Shown here one piece after another: positions 9,112 to 16,418 of a stretch of DNA of 24,000 bases; the stretch's first letter is position 1, and every line of letters starts with the position of its first letter. The notes under the pieces are model-generated. The model worked only from the letters and a program-made list of their open reading frames with translations, was not told where the DNA came from and ran no database searches. This DNA is from an uncultured Thermoplasmata archaeon (GTDB taxonomy: Archaea; Thermoplasmatota; Thermoplasmata; Thermoplasmatales; Aciduliprofundaceae), in the NCBI GenBank assembly GCA_964425415.1, contig CAYRMJ010000004.1, positions 8,313 through 32,312 on the forward strand, in the 5' to 3' direction. A program made the translations under genes and the position numbers.

Positions 9112-10182
9112 TCACCCCTGAGTTATGTCGTTGGCAATGTCCTGAACCTCCTCTGCATGTATTGTTCCCACCTCACTTCCTTTTATTTTCTCAATAAACA
9201 CCAGTGTTTTCATGTGATCGTCAGTGTTCATCTTCCAAGTATCATACTCCGCTTCTATATTCTCAGTGTTAAGGCCCTGAACCTGATGAAGCACATTGTT
9301 CACCACTTTCTCACTGATCCATCTCAAACTTCTGTAGTATTCAAGGAGTTTTCTTATGTTTTTGGGTCCAACCTTTTGAAGCATGAATTCTGTCCACTTT
9401 ATAGCCATCATATGACTCATTGAGTTGTCAGGGATGTCTGGTAATATGTACCCTCTCTCAACGCGCTGGGGCCTTGCTTCCACAAGTGCCTCGCCCATGC
9501 CGAGTTCCTCAAAGCCCTCCGTTTGAAGTACCTCACCCTCCTCGGAAGGTACCTCTTCTATCTCTGCCACTTCAAATTCCTCTGCATTTTCTTCAGTTCC
9601 CGCGCCCTCTTCTTCCACAGGTGCGACTTCTCCACCGCTCACAAGTTTTCTCTCTCTCGGTGTGAGATCAATGAAAGGATTGTACTGAGCAGATATTGCA
9701 TCGTAAAGTGCAGTCAACTCGTGCATGTTAGTCTCCAATTCATTTATGTTCTCTCTTAACTCGCTGATCTCATCCGATAGTGCATTATTTGTGTTTTCCA
9801 GCCGCTCCATTCTTGATAGTACATCGTTAAGTATTCCTTCAAAGCGCTCCTGCCATGAGCCACCCCCAGCAGTTTTTGGAGTTGTTAGATGCATGCCCAT
9901 CTCATCTTCTGGTACCACACTCCCCTTTGCTTTTATCGGTTTGGGGGGATTATCAAGGTCCTGCTGCAGAGTCACAGGCATCTTCTTTGCTTCGGGATGT
10001 TCAGGTGCTTGTGTTTTTTGAGGCATTTGATGTGGAGGGGCGGGCTTGAAAGTAGGTTGTGCATTTCCAGCTGACTTCTTCTGTACTGGTTTAAATGTGG
10101 GTGCTTGTGTTGGCTTTTTATCCACCGGCCTGAATGTCGGCGGTTTCGCTGTTCCCTTCTTCTTTTTGTCCTTCCGTGCCAT
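9112..10182 (-). CDS. arlD: Archaellum accessory protein of the ArlC/D/E (FlaD/E) family with a long disordered N-terminus
   Basis: The C-terminal segment (MSHMMAIKWTEFMLQKVGPKNIRKLLEYYRSLRWISEKVVNNVL) looks like the FlaD/E domain. It is preceded by a coiled coil (MERLENTNNALSDEISELRENINELETNMHELTALYD) and an acidic tract. I prefer the ATG at 10182 (MARKDKKKKG) because GGTGAT lies 4 nt upstream. The ORF track begins at a GTG at 10209. Confidence 0.78.
   Translation of the reverse strand: MARKDKKKKGTAKPPTFRPVDKKPTQAPTFKPVQKKSAGNAQPTFKPAPPHQMPQKTQAPEHPEAKKMPVTLQQDLDNPPKPIKAKGSVVPEDEMGMHLTTPKTAGGGSWQERFEGILNDVLSRMERLENTNNALSDEISELRENINELETNMHELTALYDAISAQYNPFIDLTPRERKLVSGGEVAPVEEEGAGTEENAEEFEVAEIEEVPSEEGEVLQTEGFEELGMGEALVEARPQRVERGYILPDIPDNSMSHMMAIKWTEFMLQKVGPKNIRKLLEYYRSLRWISEKVVNNVLHQVQGLNTENIEAEYDTWKMNTDDHMKTLVFIEKIKGSEVGTIHAEEVQDIANDITQG
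10036..10143 (-). repeat. In-frame degenerate tandem repeat encoding three copies of P-T-F-(K/R)-P inside arlD/E
   Basis: The plus strand shows GGCTTGAAAGTAGG / GGTTTAAATGTGGG / GGCCTGAATGTCGG spaced 39-45 nt apart. These translate (minus strand) to PPTFRPVDKK / APTFKPVQKK / QPTFKPAPPH. Confidence 0.8.
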
Positions 10183-10205
10183 GTTAATCACCAGATGTTT
10201 TTTTC

Positions 10206-10811
10206 TCACAGTGTTATGGCGGTCTCAGTTCCAAAGTCCGCAGGTGCAATGATTGTGTGAGGATAAGGAGCACCGGGGTCTGGAAGGATCGTTATTAGTA
10301 CATGTTGACCTTGAGATATCTCCATTCCACTTCCCAGTGTTATATTTATCACTACCAGATCTCCAGGAGCCACCCAGAATTTGTATGCCCCTGGGTCCCA
10401 GTGTGAAGTAATGCTTCCAAATGCCCTTACATCTGCAGAGTACAGCTCTCCAGTAGCAGTATTTGGATCATGATAGTTCAACCTGAAGTACACGGGGGGA
10501 TGGTTCACTGGAGTATACTCAATTATCGTTTTGTTTAAATCAATGCTCTCAGATACAACAGAGAAAGATATCTGTATTTTTGTTATGGGTCCTGTGGAGC
10601 TGGCTCTGTATCCTACAAATTGTACATTCCACACATTTCCATTTACCATATGGTCTGCAGAGTTTGCGGCACCGTATGCTCTGTCCCTCATTGACGAAAC
10701 GGTTCCCACGATAACCGCTGCGGCTATGGCAGCAACGACCATCAATGCAATGAATATTATTAGCGAGCCAATACCTATGCTCCCATCTTCTTTATCATAC
10801 ATAACTTTCAT
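10206..10811 (-). CDS. arlB: Archaellin (ArlB/FlaB), second copy
   Basis: 201 aa. Class III signal peptide plus a conserved hydrophobic N-terminus (GSIGIGSLIIFIALMVVAAIAAAVIVGT). GGAGGTG Shine-Dalgarno 5 nt upstream of the ATG. Beta-rich C-terminal domain with sequons NKT and NIT. Confidence 0.9.
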   Translation of the reverse strand: MKVMYDKEDGSIGIGSLIIFIALMVVAAIAAAVIVGTVSSMRDRAYGAANSADHMVNGNVWNVQFVGYRASSTGPITKIQISFSVVSESIDLNKTIIEYTPVNHPPVYFRLNYHDPNTATGELYSADVRAFGSITSHWDPGAYKFWVAPGDLVVINITLGSGMEISQGQHVLITILPDPGAPYPHTIIAPADFGTETAITL

Positions 10812-10823
10812 CTTAACACCTCC

Positions 10824-11468
10824 TTACTCCGGTGGATATATCCTTACCCATTGGTTATTTTCAAAGCCAGCGGGAGTTGTAGTAGTCAGTTTGCTATCCG
10901 TACCTGTGTAGGTGTTTGTAAAGTGTATTTCAAATGTTACATGGCCACCTAACTCCTGGCCAGTTTCATGCAGGTTTATCACAAAAACAACAATATCATT
11001 GCTTGCAACATCATAGGATACCGGAGGATTCCATGGAGAGCCATCGGCCTTATTTGGAAGATACACACTGTAGTTAGATGCTGTAGTTTTTGAAACCGCT
11101 TGATTATAACCATCTGTGGGGCTGACATCCCCGCTCATCAACAGGTATGAGACCTTATGTGGTGTGTGTATAGATATTGCAATGTGTCTCAAATCCACAT
11201 CAGCAGAACTGACAACCTTTGTGGTTATAGTTAGAACCGTTATGTTCTTGAGTGTTGTACGATTGCCACTTATGCTTATCACCTGAAACATTCCCAAAAA
11301 CTGCTCTGTTATTCTCTGGGATGTGTGGTTTGCGTCGTCCCTCACCTTGCTCGCCGTCTGTATGATCACTGCCGCGGCTATCGCCGCCACTAATATCAGC
11401 GCGATGAATATTATCAATGCGCCGATGCCCATACTTCCACTATCCTTTTTCATATACTTCCCTTTCAT
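10824..11468 (-). CDS. arlB: Archaellin (ArlB/FlaB), first copy
   Basis: N-terminus ...KKDSGSMGIGALIIFIALILVAAIAAAVIIQT is paralogous to the downstream archaellin. Several in-frame starts exist (GTG 11477, ATG 11474, 11468, 11453). I chose 11468 because GGTGAT lies 4 nt upstream, the same geometry as at arlD/E. The ORF track gives 11477. Confidence 0.88.
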   Translation of the reverse strand: MKGKYMKKDSGSMGIGALIIFIALILVAAIAAAVIIQTASKVRDDANHTSQRITEQFLGMFQVISISGNRTTLKNITVLTITTKVVSSADVDLRHIAISIHTPHKVSYLLMSGDVSPTDGYNQAVSKTTASNYSVYLPNKADGSPWNPPVSYDVASNDIVVFVINLHETGQELGGHVTFEIHFTNTYTGTDSKLTTTTPAGFENNQWVRIYPPE

Positions 11469-11473
11469 TTTCA

Positions 11474-12307
11474 TCACCCTATCTCGCCTTCAGTCCCGCA
11501 GTAAGGACATTGGACCCTAACCGGTAATTTATCCATATCCACTTCTACCTCAAAAACATTTCCACAGGACGGACATGTCAAAGTCATTCTCTTCATTCTC
11601 GGAGCAGTTTTTCTTTGCTGCACAGCCCGAGCTGCGGCCGCAGGAGCTGCCTGCCTACTTGAAGGCTTTTTAACAGACTTTCTGGATTTCGCAGACGCAA
11701 GAGATGCCTGAAGGTACATAACTCCTGCCGAGAAGAACAAAACTAAGGATATGGATACCAATAAAAATCCTGAACCCAGAGATGAATAAGCGCTTCCCTT
11801 CAAATCGCTAACTTCTCCACCCATCATCCCCATTCTGGTCATATCGGACATGTCCATATCCGCATCAAAAGCCGCCTGATACCCTGTGAGGAAGTATAGA
11901 ACGGATATCAGAACGATGATTGCAATGAGAAAAGAAAGAGGTGCATAGGCAATCTTAAACTTCAATGCTCTGAATATGCCAAACAGCAGAAAGAATATCG
12001 CAGTTGCAATGTACAGAAGCCATATTGTCTGAAACACGGTGGCACGATTAAAAGTCACCGCTGGAGGAAAACTTATATTTTGAGAATTTAGAGATGAAGA
12101 GGTATAAAAAATAAGGGCCGAATCATTTGTTTCATTTGAACTTGCACCCCAAATCATGCCTAATGGGGCAAAGTCCTGATGAAAAGTGTATCCGCTGTCG
12201 TACTTAACGGATAGACTATGCCACCCAAAAACGCCCGATACCAAGAATAGCGAAACCGCTACGATGAACACCATATCCGCACCAGCGGTGCTCTTCTTAC
12301 CCGCCAT
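11474..12307 (-). CDS. Uncharacterised 4-TM membrane protein with C-terminal MJ0042-type zinc ribbon; first cistron of the archaellum operon
   Basis: 277 aa. TM helices at about aa 12-29, 91-112, 121-143 and 178-199. The first extracytoplasmic loop carries NET, NDS and NIS sequons. Basic Ala/Lys/Arg linker, then CPSC-x18-CPYC at the C-terminus. No Shine-Dalgarno. A TATA-like box lies at -23 to -31. Confidence 0.7.
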   Translation of the reverse strand: MAGKKSTAGADMVFIVAVSLFLVSGVFGWHSLSVKYDSGYTFHQDFAPLGMIWGASSNETNDSALIFYTSSSLNSQNISFPPAVTFNRATVFQTIWLLYIATAIFFLLFGIFRALKFKIAYAPLSFLIAIIVLISVLYFLTGYQAAFDADMDMSDMTRMGMMGGEVSDLKGSAYSSLGSGFLLVSISLVLFFSAGVMYLQASLASAKSRKSVKKPSSRQAAPAAAARAVQQRKTAPRMKRMTLTCPSCGNVFEVEVDMDKLPVRVQCPYCGTEGEIG

Positions 12308-12330
12308 CTTTGAACTATATGCTATTTCTA

Positions 12331-12339
12331 TATTTTAAA
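12331..12339 (-). promoter_or_regulatory. Candidate BRE/TATA element driving the archaellum operon (leaderless first cistron)
   Basis: The minus strand reads GGAAAAC-TTTAAAATA. The 3' end of the box is 23 nt from the ATG at 12307, with no Shine-Dalgarno between them. Confidence 0.4.
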
Positions 12340-12391
12340 GTTTTCCCCAGCATAAGTGATTTTAAGTCTAATCTGTGATTTGCCGAAAAAG

Positions 12392-12399
12392 ATATATAA
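12392..12399 (+). promoter_or_regulatory. Candidate BRE/TATA element for wtpA-wtpB-wtpC-moaA
   Basis: CGAAAAAG-ATATATAA. The predicted TSS is about 12420-12422, within the cluster of ATG codons (12418-12439) at the 5' end of wtpA. No Shine-Dalgarno. Confidence 0.4.
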
Positions 12400-12417
12400 T
12401 CATTTCGTTATTCCCCT

Positions 12418-13425
12418 ATGAGCATAATGATGATGAAAATGGAGAAAAAACTGCTAACTGCGGTGATTGCGGCGGGATTGCTGGCTGCGGTAATTGCTGT
12501 GGGCTTCTGGTATTTATCCAATGGAAAAAATAGCATCACGGTCCTTGCGGCTGGAAGCCTTGCAGTTCCTTTTCAAAAGCTATCAGAGATTTACGAGAAT
12601 AAGTATGGAATTGAAGTAAAAATTGAAACTGCGGGAAGCATTGAAACCGTTAAAAAGGTGAGCGAGTTGCACAGGCAGGTTGATGTGGTGGCCGTGGCAG
12701 ATTACAAAGCCATAGCAGGGTACCTTGTGCCAAATTACACTTCTTGGTACGTGCGCTTTGCAAAAAATGCACTGGTGATTGTGTACACAGAGCATAGCAA
12801 ATACGCAAGCACCATTAACACCACCAACTGGCCAGATATACTTGAAAGAGATGATGTCAGAATTGGCTTTTCATCTCCAAACGATGACCCCTGTGGATAC
12901 AGAGCTGTGATGATGTTCTACCTATCCGATTTCTTATATGAGAAAAATATTTTTCAAAATCTCGTTGAAAATAACACGGCAATTCATGCGCAAAATGGAG
13001 AAATTTTGGTGCCTGATGATTCCACGCTTCTGAAAAATCAGGGAAAAATATACATAAAGCAAAAATCCGTTAGTCTGCTGGGTGATTTAGAGACGGGAAA
13101 CATTGACTATGCCATTGAATATCTATCTGTGGCAAAGCAACATAATCTGAAATATATACCTCTCCCTGACAAGATCAATCTTTCCAACTCAACACTCGCA
13201 GATTTCTACTCACGAGCAAAGGTTAAGCTTGCGGATGGAAAAATTGTAAAAGGAGATGCAATAAACTATGCGATAACCGTTCCCAACAACGCACCAAATA
13301 AAAATGCGGCGTATCAGTTTGTAAAGCTTCTTTTGAGCAATGAAGGAAGAGAGGTACTCCAAGAATGTGGACAACCACCCATGTATCAGGAATGGGGCAA
13401 GGTTCCGGAGGAGATTAAAACATGA
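12418..13425 (+). CDS. wtpA: Tungstate/molybdate ABC transporter substrate-binding protein, WtpA-type
   Basis: 335 aa. N-terminal membrane anchor (LLTAVIAAGLLAAVIAVGFWYL), then VLAAGSL...ETAGS...SSPNDDPCGYRA motifs as I recall them from archaeal WtpA/ModA-like binding proteins. Followed by a permease and an ATPase. The true start may be one of the ATGs up to 12439. Confidence 0.75.
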   Translation: MSIMMMKMEKKLLTAVIAAGLLAAVIAVGFWYLSNGKNSITVLAAGSLAVPFQKLSEIYENKYGIEVKIETAGSIETVKKVSELHRQVDVVAVADYKAIAGYLVPNYTSWYVRFAKNALVIVYTEHSKYASTINTTNWPDILERDDVRIGFSSPNDDPCGYRAVMMFYLSDFLYEKNIFQNLVENNTAIHAQNGEILVPDDSTLLKNQGKIYIKQKSVSLLGDLETGNIDYAIEYLSVAKQHNLKYIPLPDKINLSNSTLADFYSRAKVKLADGKIVKGDAINYAITVPNNAPNKNAAYQFVKLLLSNEGREVLQECGQPPMYQEWGKVPEEIKT

Positions 13426-14402
13426 GGGCATTACTGCCGGGCTCAGTGTTAATACTTACCATATCCGCCTTTTTTGGGTCTGAGGCTTTTTTCATAACTT
13501 CAATTTTTTTCTCGGTTCTGATAACATTTTCATCAAAAAATTATAAGTTTTTATCCCTAATTCCTCTCTCTCTGCTCATTTTCATTTATTTTCCGCTTTT
13601 TGTTGTGGAAATATTAACTCTATTATATCTGAGTGACGAGGAGCCGTTTATTAAGGGCATAATTCTCTTATCCTCTCTTCTACTATTCATAATCTCTTTT
13701 CCTGTGATTTACCTAATAGTTTTGCATCCGCCCATAGGGATTTCAGAAGCGCTAATTAATGTGACGATAACAAGCGTGGTTGCTGCAACGCTTTCAACAA
13801 TAATCGGAGTGGTATTGTCTTTACCTCTTGGGTACCTAATGGCCCGCAGAGAATTCATGGGAAAAAGAGTTATTGAGGGCGTGATAGACATTCCAATTGT
13901 TATACCGCACACAGTATCGGGAATTCTGTTGCTCATAGTTTTCGGCTCTGCAGGGGTAATTGGCGCACCTTTGGAGGATTTGGGATTTAGATTTTACTAC
14001 GCTCTGCCCGGAGTGGTTCTTGCTATGCTATTTGTCAGTGTGCCATTTCTCATAAATCAGATTAGAGAGGGCATAGAGAAAATTGATGAAAGATACGAGT
14101 TTGTGGCGATGAATTTAGGAGCTACGAGATTTAAAGCTTTCTTAACTGTAGTGCTTCCACTAATCAAGAGAAACGCGTGGATAGGCTCCATAAATGCATG
14201 GGCAAGAGCAATGAGCGAGTTTGGAGCGGTGATAATGATCGCCTTCTATCCCATGGTGGTTCCCACATACATATACTTCCTGTTTTCAAATTACGGTCTG
14301 GAAAAAACCCTTCCTGCGACTTCTTTCATAGTTCTGTTCACCCTTCTCATATTCGTTGTTCTTCGCATATTTGCCGGGAGGATTGCAGATGTTAGAGATT
14401 AG
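13422..14402 (+). CDS. wtpB: Tungstate/molybdate ABC transporter permease (WtpB-type) with N-terminal hydrophobic extension
   Basis: 326 aa. ATGA overlap with the wtpA stop. GGAGGAG Shine-Dalgarno. The C-terminal ~230 aa look like a MetI-type ABC permease core, including an EAA-like loop (MNLGATRFKAFLTVVLPLIKR). The first ~100 aa add about three hydrophobic helices. Confidence 0.8.
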   Translation: MRALLPGSVLILTISAFFGSEAFFITSIFFSVLITFSSKNYKFLSLIPLSLLIFIYFPLFVVEILTLLYLSDEEPFIKGIILLSSLLLFIISFPVIYLIVLHPPIGISEALINVTITSVVAATLSTIIGVVLSLPLGYLMARREFMGKRVIEGVIDIPIVIPHTVSGILLLIVFGSAGVIGAPLEDLGFRFYYALPGVVLAMLFVSVPFLINQIREGIEKIDERYEFVAMNLGATRFKAFLTVVLPLIKRNAWIGSINAWARAMSEFGAVIMIAFYPMVVPTYIYFLFSNYGLEKTLPATSFIVLFTLLIFVVLRIFAGRIADVRD

Positions 14403-15426
14403 CGGATTGAAAATAAAATTAAAATCATTGACTGTGGAGATACCACATCTTAAGGTTAATCGGGGTGATTACTTGGCTTTAATGGGCACCAGCGGAGCTG
14501 GAAAAACTGTATTGATTGAAGCAATTGCAGGATTTCACAAGATTGACACGGGCCAAATAATTCTGAATGGCCAGCGAATAGACAATTTACCGCCCAATAA
14601 AAGGGGCATTGCAGTGGTGTATCAGGACTACATGCTCTTTCCCCACCTATCTGTGAGAGATAACATTCTGTATCCAGCCAGATTGAAAAGATGTGTGAAT
14701 GAGGATTCATTTAGCGAATTGGTAAAATTACTTCACATTGAGAATCTTCTTAACAGGAGTGTTAGAAGACTCAGCGGCGGGGAACTACAGCGCGTTGCCA
14801 TTGCAAGGGCGCTCATGATGAATCCCTCAATATTGCTTTTAGATGAACCGCTGTCTTCGTTGGACCGCCAGAGCAGGGAGAGCATGAGAAAATTGATAAA
14901 GGATGTTGTGAAAGAACTGAAGGCCACTGTTATTCACATAACCCACGACATGGAGACTGCTTGGAGTCTTGCAAACAGAGTGGCAGTAATGCACGATGGC
15001 AAGCTGTTGCAGGTTGGCACAACGGATGAGATTCTGGCAAATCCAAACAACAAGGTGGTTGCCGATTTTTTTGATTCAAATATACTAAGGGGGAGAGTTG
15101 TGGGCAAGGATGGAAAACTAACCATCGTAAAGGTTGGTGAAGAGCACATAAAAATATCAGCCAAAGCGGAAGGTGAAGCACTGTTATCAATTCGGCCTGA
15201 GAGCATAATCCTATCAAAAGAATCTTTAAATAGTTCAATGCAGAACTCCCTCAAAGGAGTTATAGTGAATATGGAAAATAGGGGATTAGTAGTTAGAATA
15301 ACCATGCAATTTGGCGGTTTCTCTCTAATCTCCGTTCTCACGCCAAACGCCTTGGAAGCTCTTTCTCTCCACAGGGGTGATGAGGTTTTAGCGCACTTCA
15401 AAGCATCCTCTGTAAGAGTTCTATGA
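14389..15426 (+). CDS. wtpC: Tungstate/molybdate ABC transporter ATP-binding protein (WtpC-type) with C-terminal TOBE/Mop-like domain
   Basis: Walker A GTSGAGKT, signature LSGGELQR, Walker B LLLDEP, H-loop ITHD. C-terminal beta-domain (GVIVNMENRGLVVRITMQFGG...GDEVLAHFKASSVRVL). I prefer the start at ATG 14389 (MLEISGLKI) because GGGAGG lies 7 nt upstream. The ORF track starts at 14356. Confidence 0.85.
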   Translation: MLEISGLKIKLKSLTVEIPHLKVNRGDYLALMGTSGAGKTVLIEAIAGFHKIDTGQIILNGQRIDNLPPNKRGIAVVYQDYMLFPHLSVRDNILYPARLKRCVNEDSFSELVKLLHIENLLNRSVRRLSGGELQRVAIARALMMNPSILLLDEPLSSLDRQSRESMRKLIKDVVKELKATVIHITHDMETAWSLANRVAVMHDGKLLQVGTTDEILANPNNKVVADFFDSNILRGRVVGKDGKLTIVKVGEEHIKISAKAEGEALLSIRPESIILSKESLNSSMQNSLKGVIVNMENRGLVVRITMQFGGFSLISVLTPNALEALSLHRGDEVLAHFKASSVRVL

Positions 15427-16394
15427 ATCACGATAGTTTTATATCGTTATGTCACATAAGGTATATCGTGAAAGACAGGTTTGGAAGGGAGGTAAAGAGC
15501 ATACGTGTGTCCATAACTGAAAGATGCAATTTGAGGTGCTTTTACTGTCATCGGGAGGGTGAGTGGCACAGGCATCGTGTTGAAATGAAACCAGAGGAAA
15601 TTGAAAGAATTTTGAAAATTGCAAGAGAACTGGGAATAAGAAAGGTGAAGTTCACTGGTGGCGAGCCTTTAGTGAGAGAGGATGTGGTGGAGATTGTGCG
15701 AAGAGCCTCTGGTTTAATGGACAAGGACGTCTCCATGACCACAAATGGAACGATGCTCAAAGAGTATGCTAAAGAATTGAGAGATGCAGGGCTGATGCGC
15801 GTGAATGTTAGTTTAGACACGTTGAATCCTGAGAAATACAGGCGTATCACGGGTTTTGATGCTCTTTATGATGTTCTGGACGGAATAAAGGAGGCAGTAA
15901 AGTACTTGAGCCCTGTGAAATTGAATTTTGTGCTTTTGAAAGGGATAAATGATGACGAAGTAGAATCAATGATTCGCTTCTCTGCGGATTATGGTACCAT
16001 ACTTCAAATAATAGAGCTTGAAGCCCCTGTTGAAAAGGAGCATACTGAATTTTTCAGAAAGTATCATCTCAGTCCAAAATTCATTGAGAGGCATCTTGAG
16101 AATCTCGCGGAGGATGTTTTGTACAATGAGCTGCATCGCAGGAGAAGGTACATATTCAACATTGGTGGAAAGCGTGCGGAAGTGGAAATTGTTAGACCCA
16201 TGCACAACAGCGAATTTTGCATGAACTGCACACGAATACGGTTGACCAGCGACGGAAAGTTGAAACCGTGTTTGCTTAGAGATGACAATCTAGTTGATAT
16301 ACTCACACCGATGCGAGATGGTGCAGATGACGATGAGCTTCTAACTCTTTTCAAGGAGGCAATAATGAGAAGAGAGCCTTATTTTAAGCCTTAA
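15423..16394 (+). CDS. moaA: GTP 3',8-cyclase MoaA (radical SAM, molybdopterin biosynthesis step 1)
   Basis: 323 aa. Radical SAM cluster motif CNLRCFYC. GGEPL motif. C-terminal auxiliary cluster cysteines CMNCTRIRLTSDGKLKPCL. ATGA overlap with the wtpC stop. An in-frame GTG at 15468 is an alternative start. Confidence 0.9.
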   Translation: MNHDSFISLCHIRYIVKDRFGREVKSIRVSITERCNLRCFYCHREGEWHRHRVEMKPEEIERILKIARELGIRKVKFTGGEPLVREDVVEIVRRASGLMDKDVSMTTNGTMLKEYAKELRDAGLMRVNVSLDTLNPEKYRRITGFDALYDVLDGIKEAVKYLSPVKLNFVLLKGINDDEVESMIRFSADYGTILQIIELEAPVEKEHTEFFRKYHLSPKFIERHLENLAEDVLYNELHRRRRYIFNIGGKRAEVEIVRPMHNSEFCMNCTRIRLTSDGKLKPCLLRDDNLVDILTPMRDGADDDELLTLFKEAIMRREPYFKP

Positions 16395-16418
16395 AAAGAA
16401 AAAGCAAAAGTAAGTGTA

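Noticed and set aside
10036-10143. Degenerate ~40-nt direct repeats that could be mistaken for a small CRISPR-like or regulatory repeat array.
   Set aside because: There are only three imperfect copies. They are in frame within arlD/E, where they encode PTF(K/R)P. There are no spacers of unique sequence and no adjacent cas genes.
14356-14388. Upstream start for wtpC given by the ORF track (MFFAYLPGGLQ...).
   Set aside because: The ATG at 14389 is preceded by GGGAGG at good spacing and yields the canonical ABC N-terminus MLEISGLKI. The extra 11 codons lie wholly inside wtpB.
16395-16418. A-rich spacer after moaA considered as a terminator.
   Set aside because: Archaeal terminators are oligo-T on the coding strand, and this tract is oligo-A. 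It is more likely a simple spacer or part of a promoter/5' end for the next gene.
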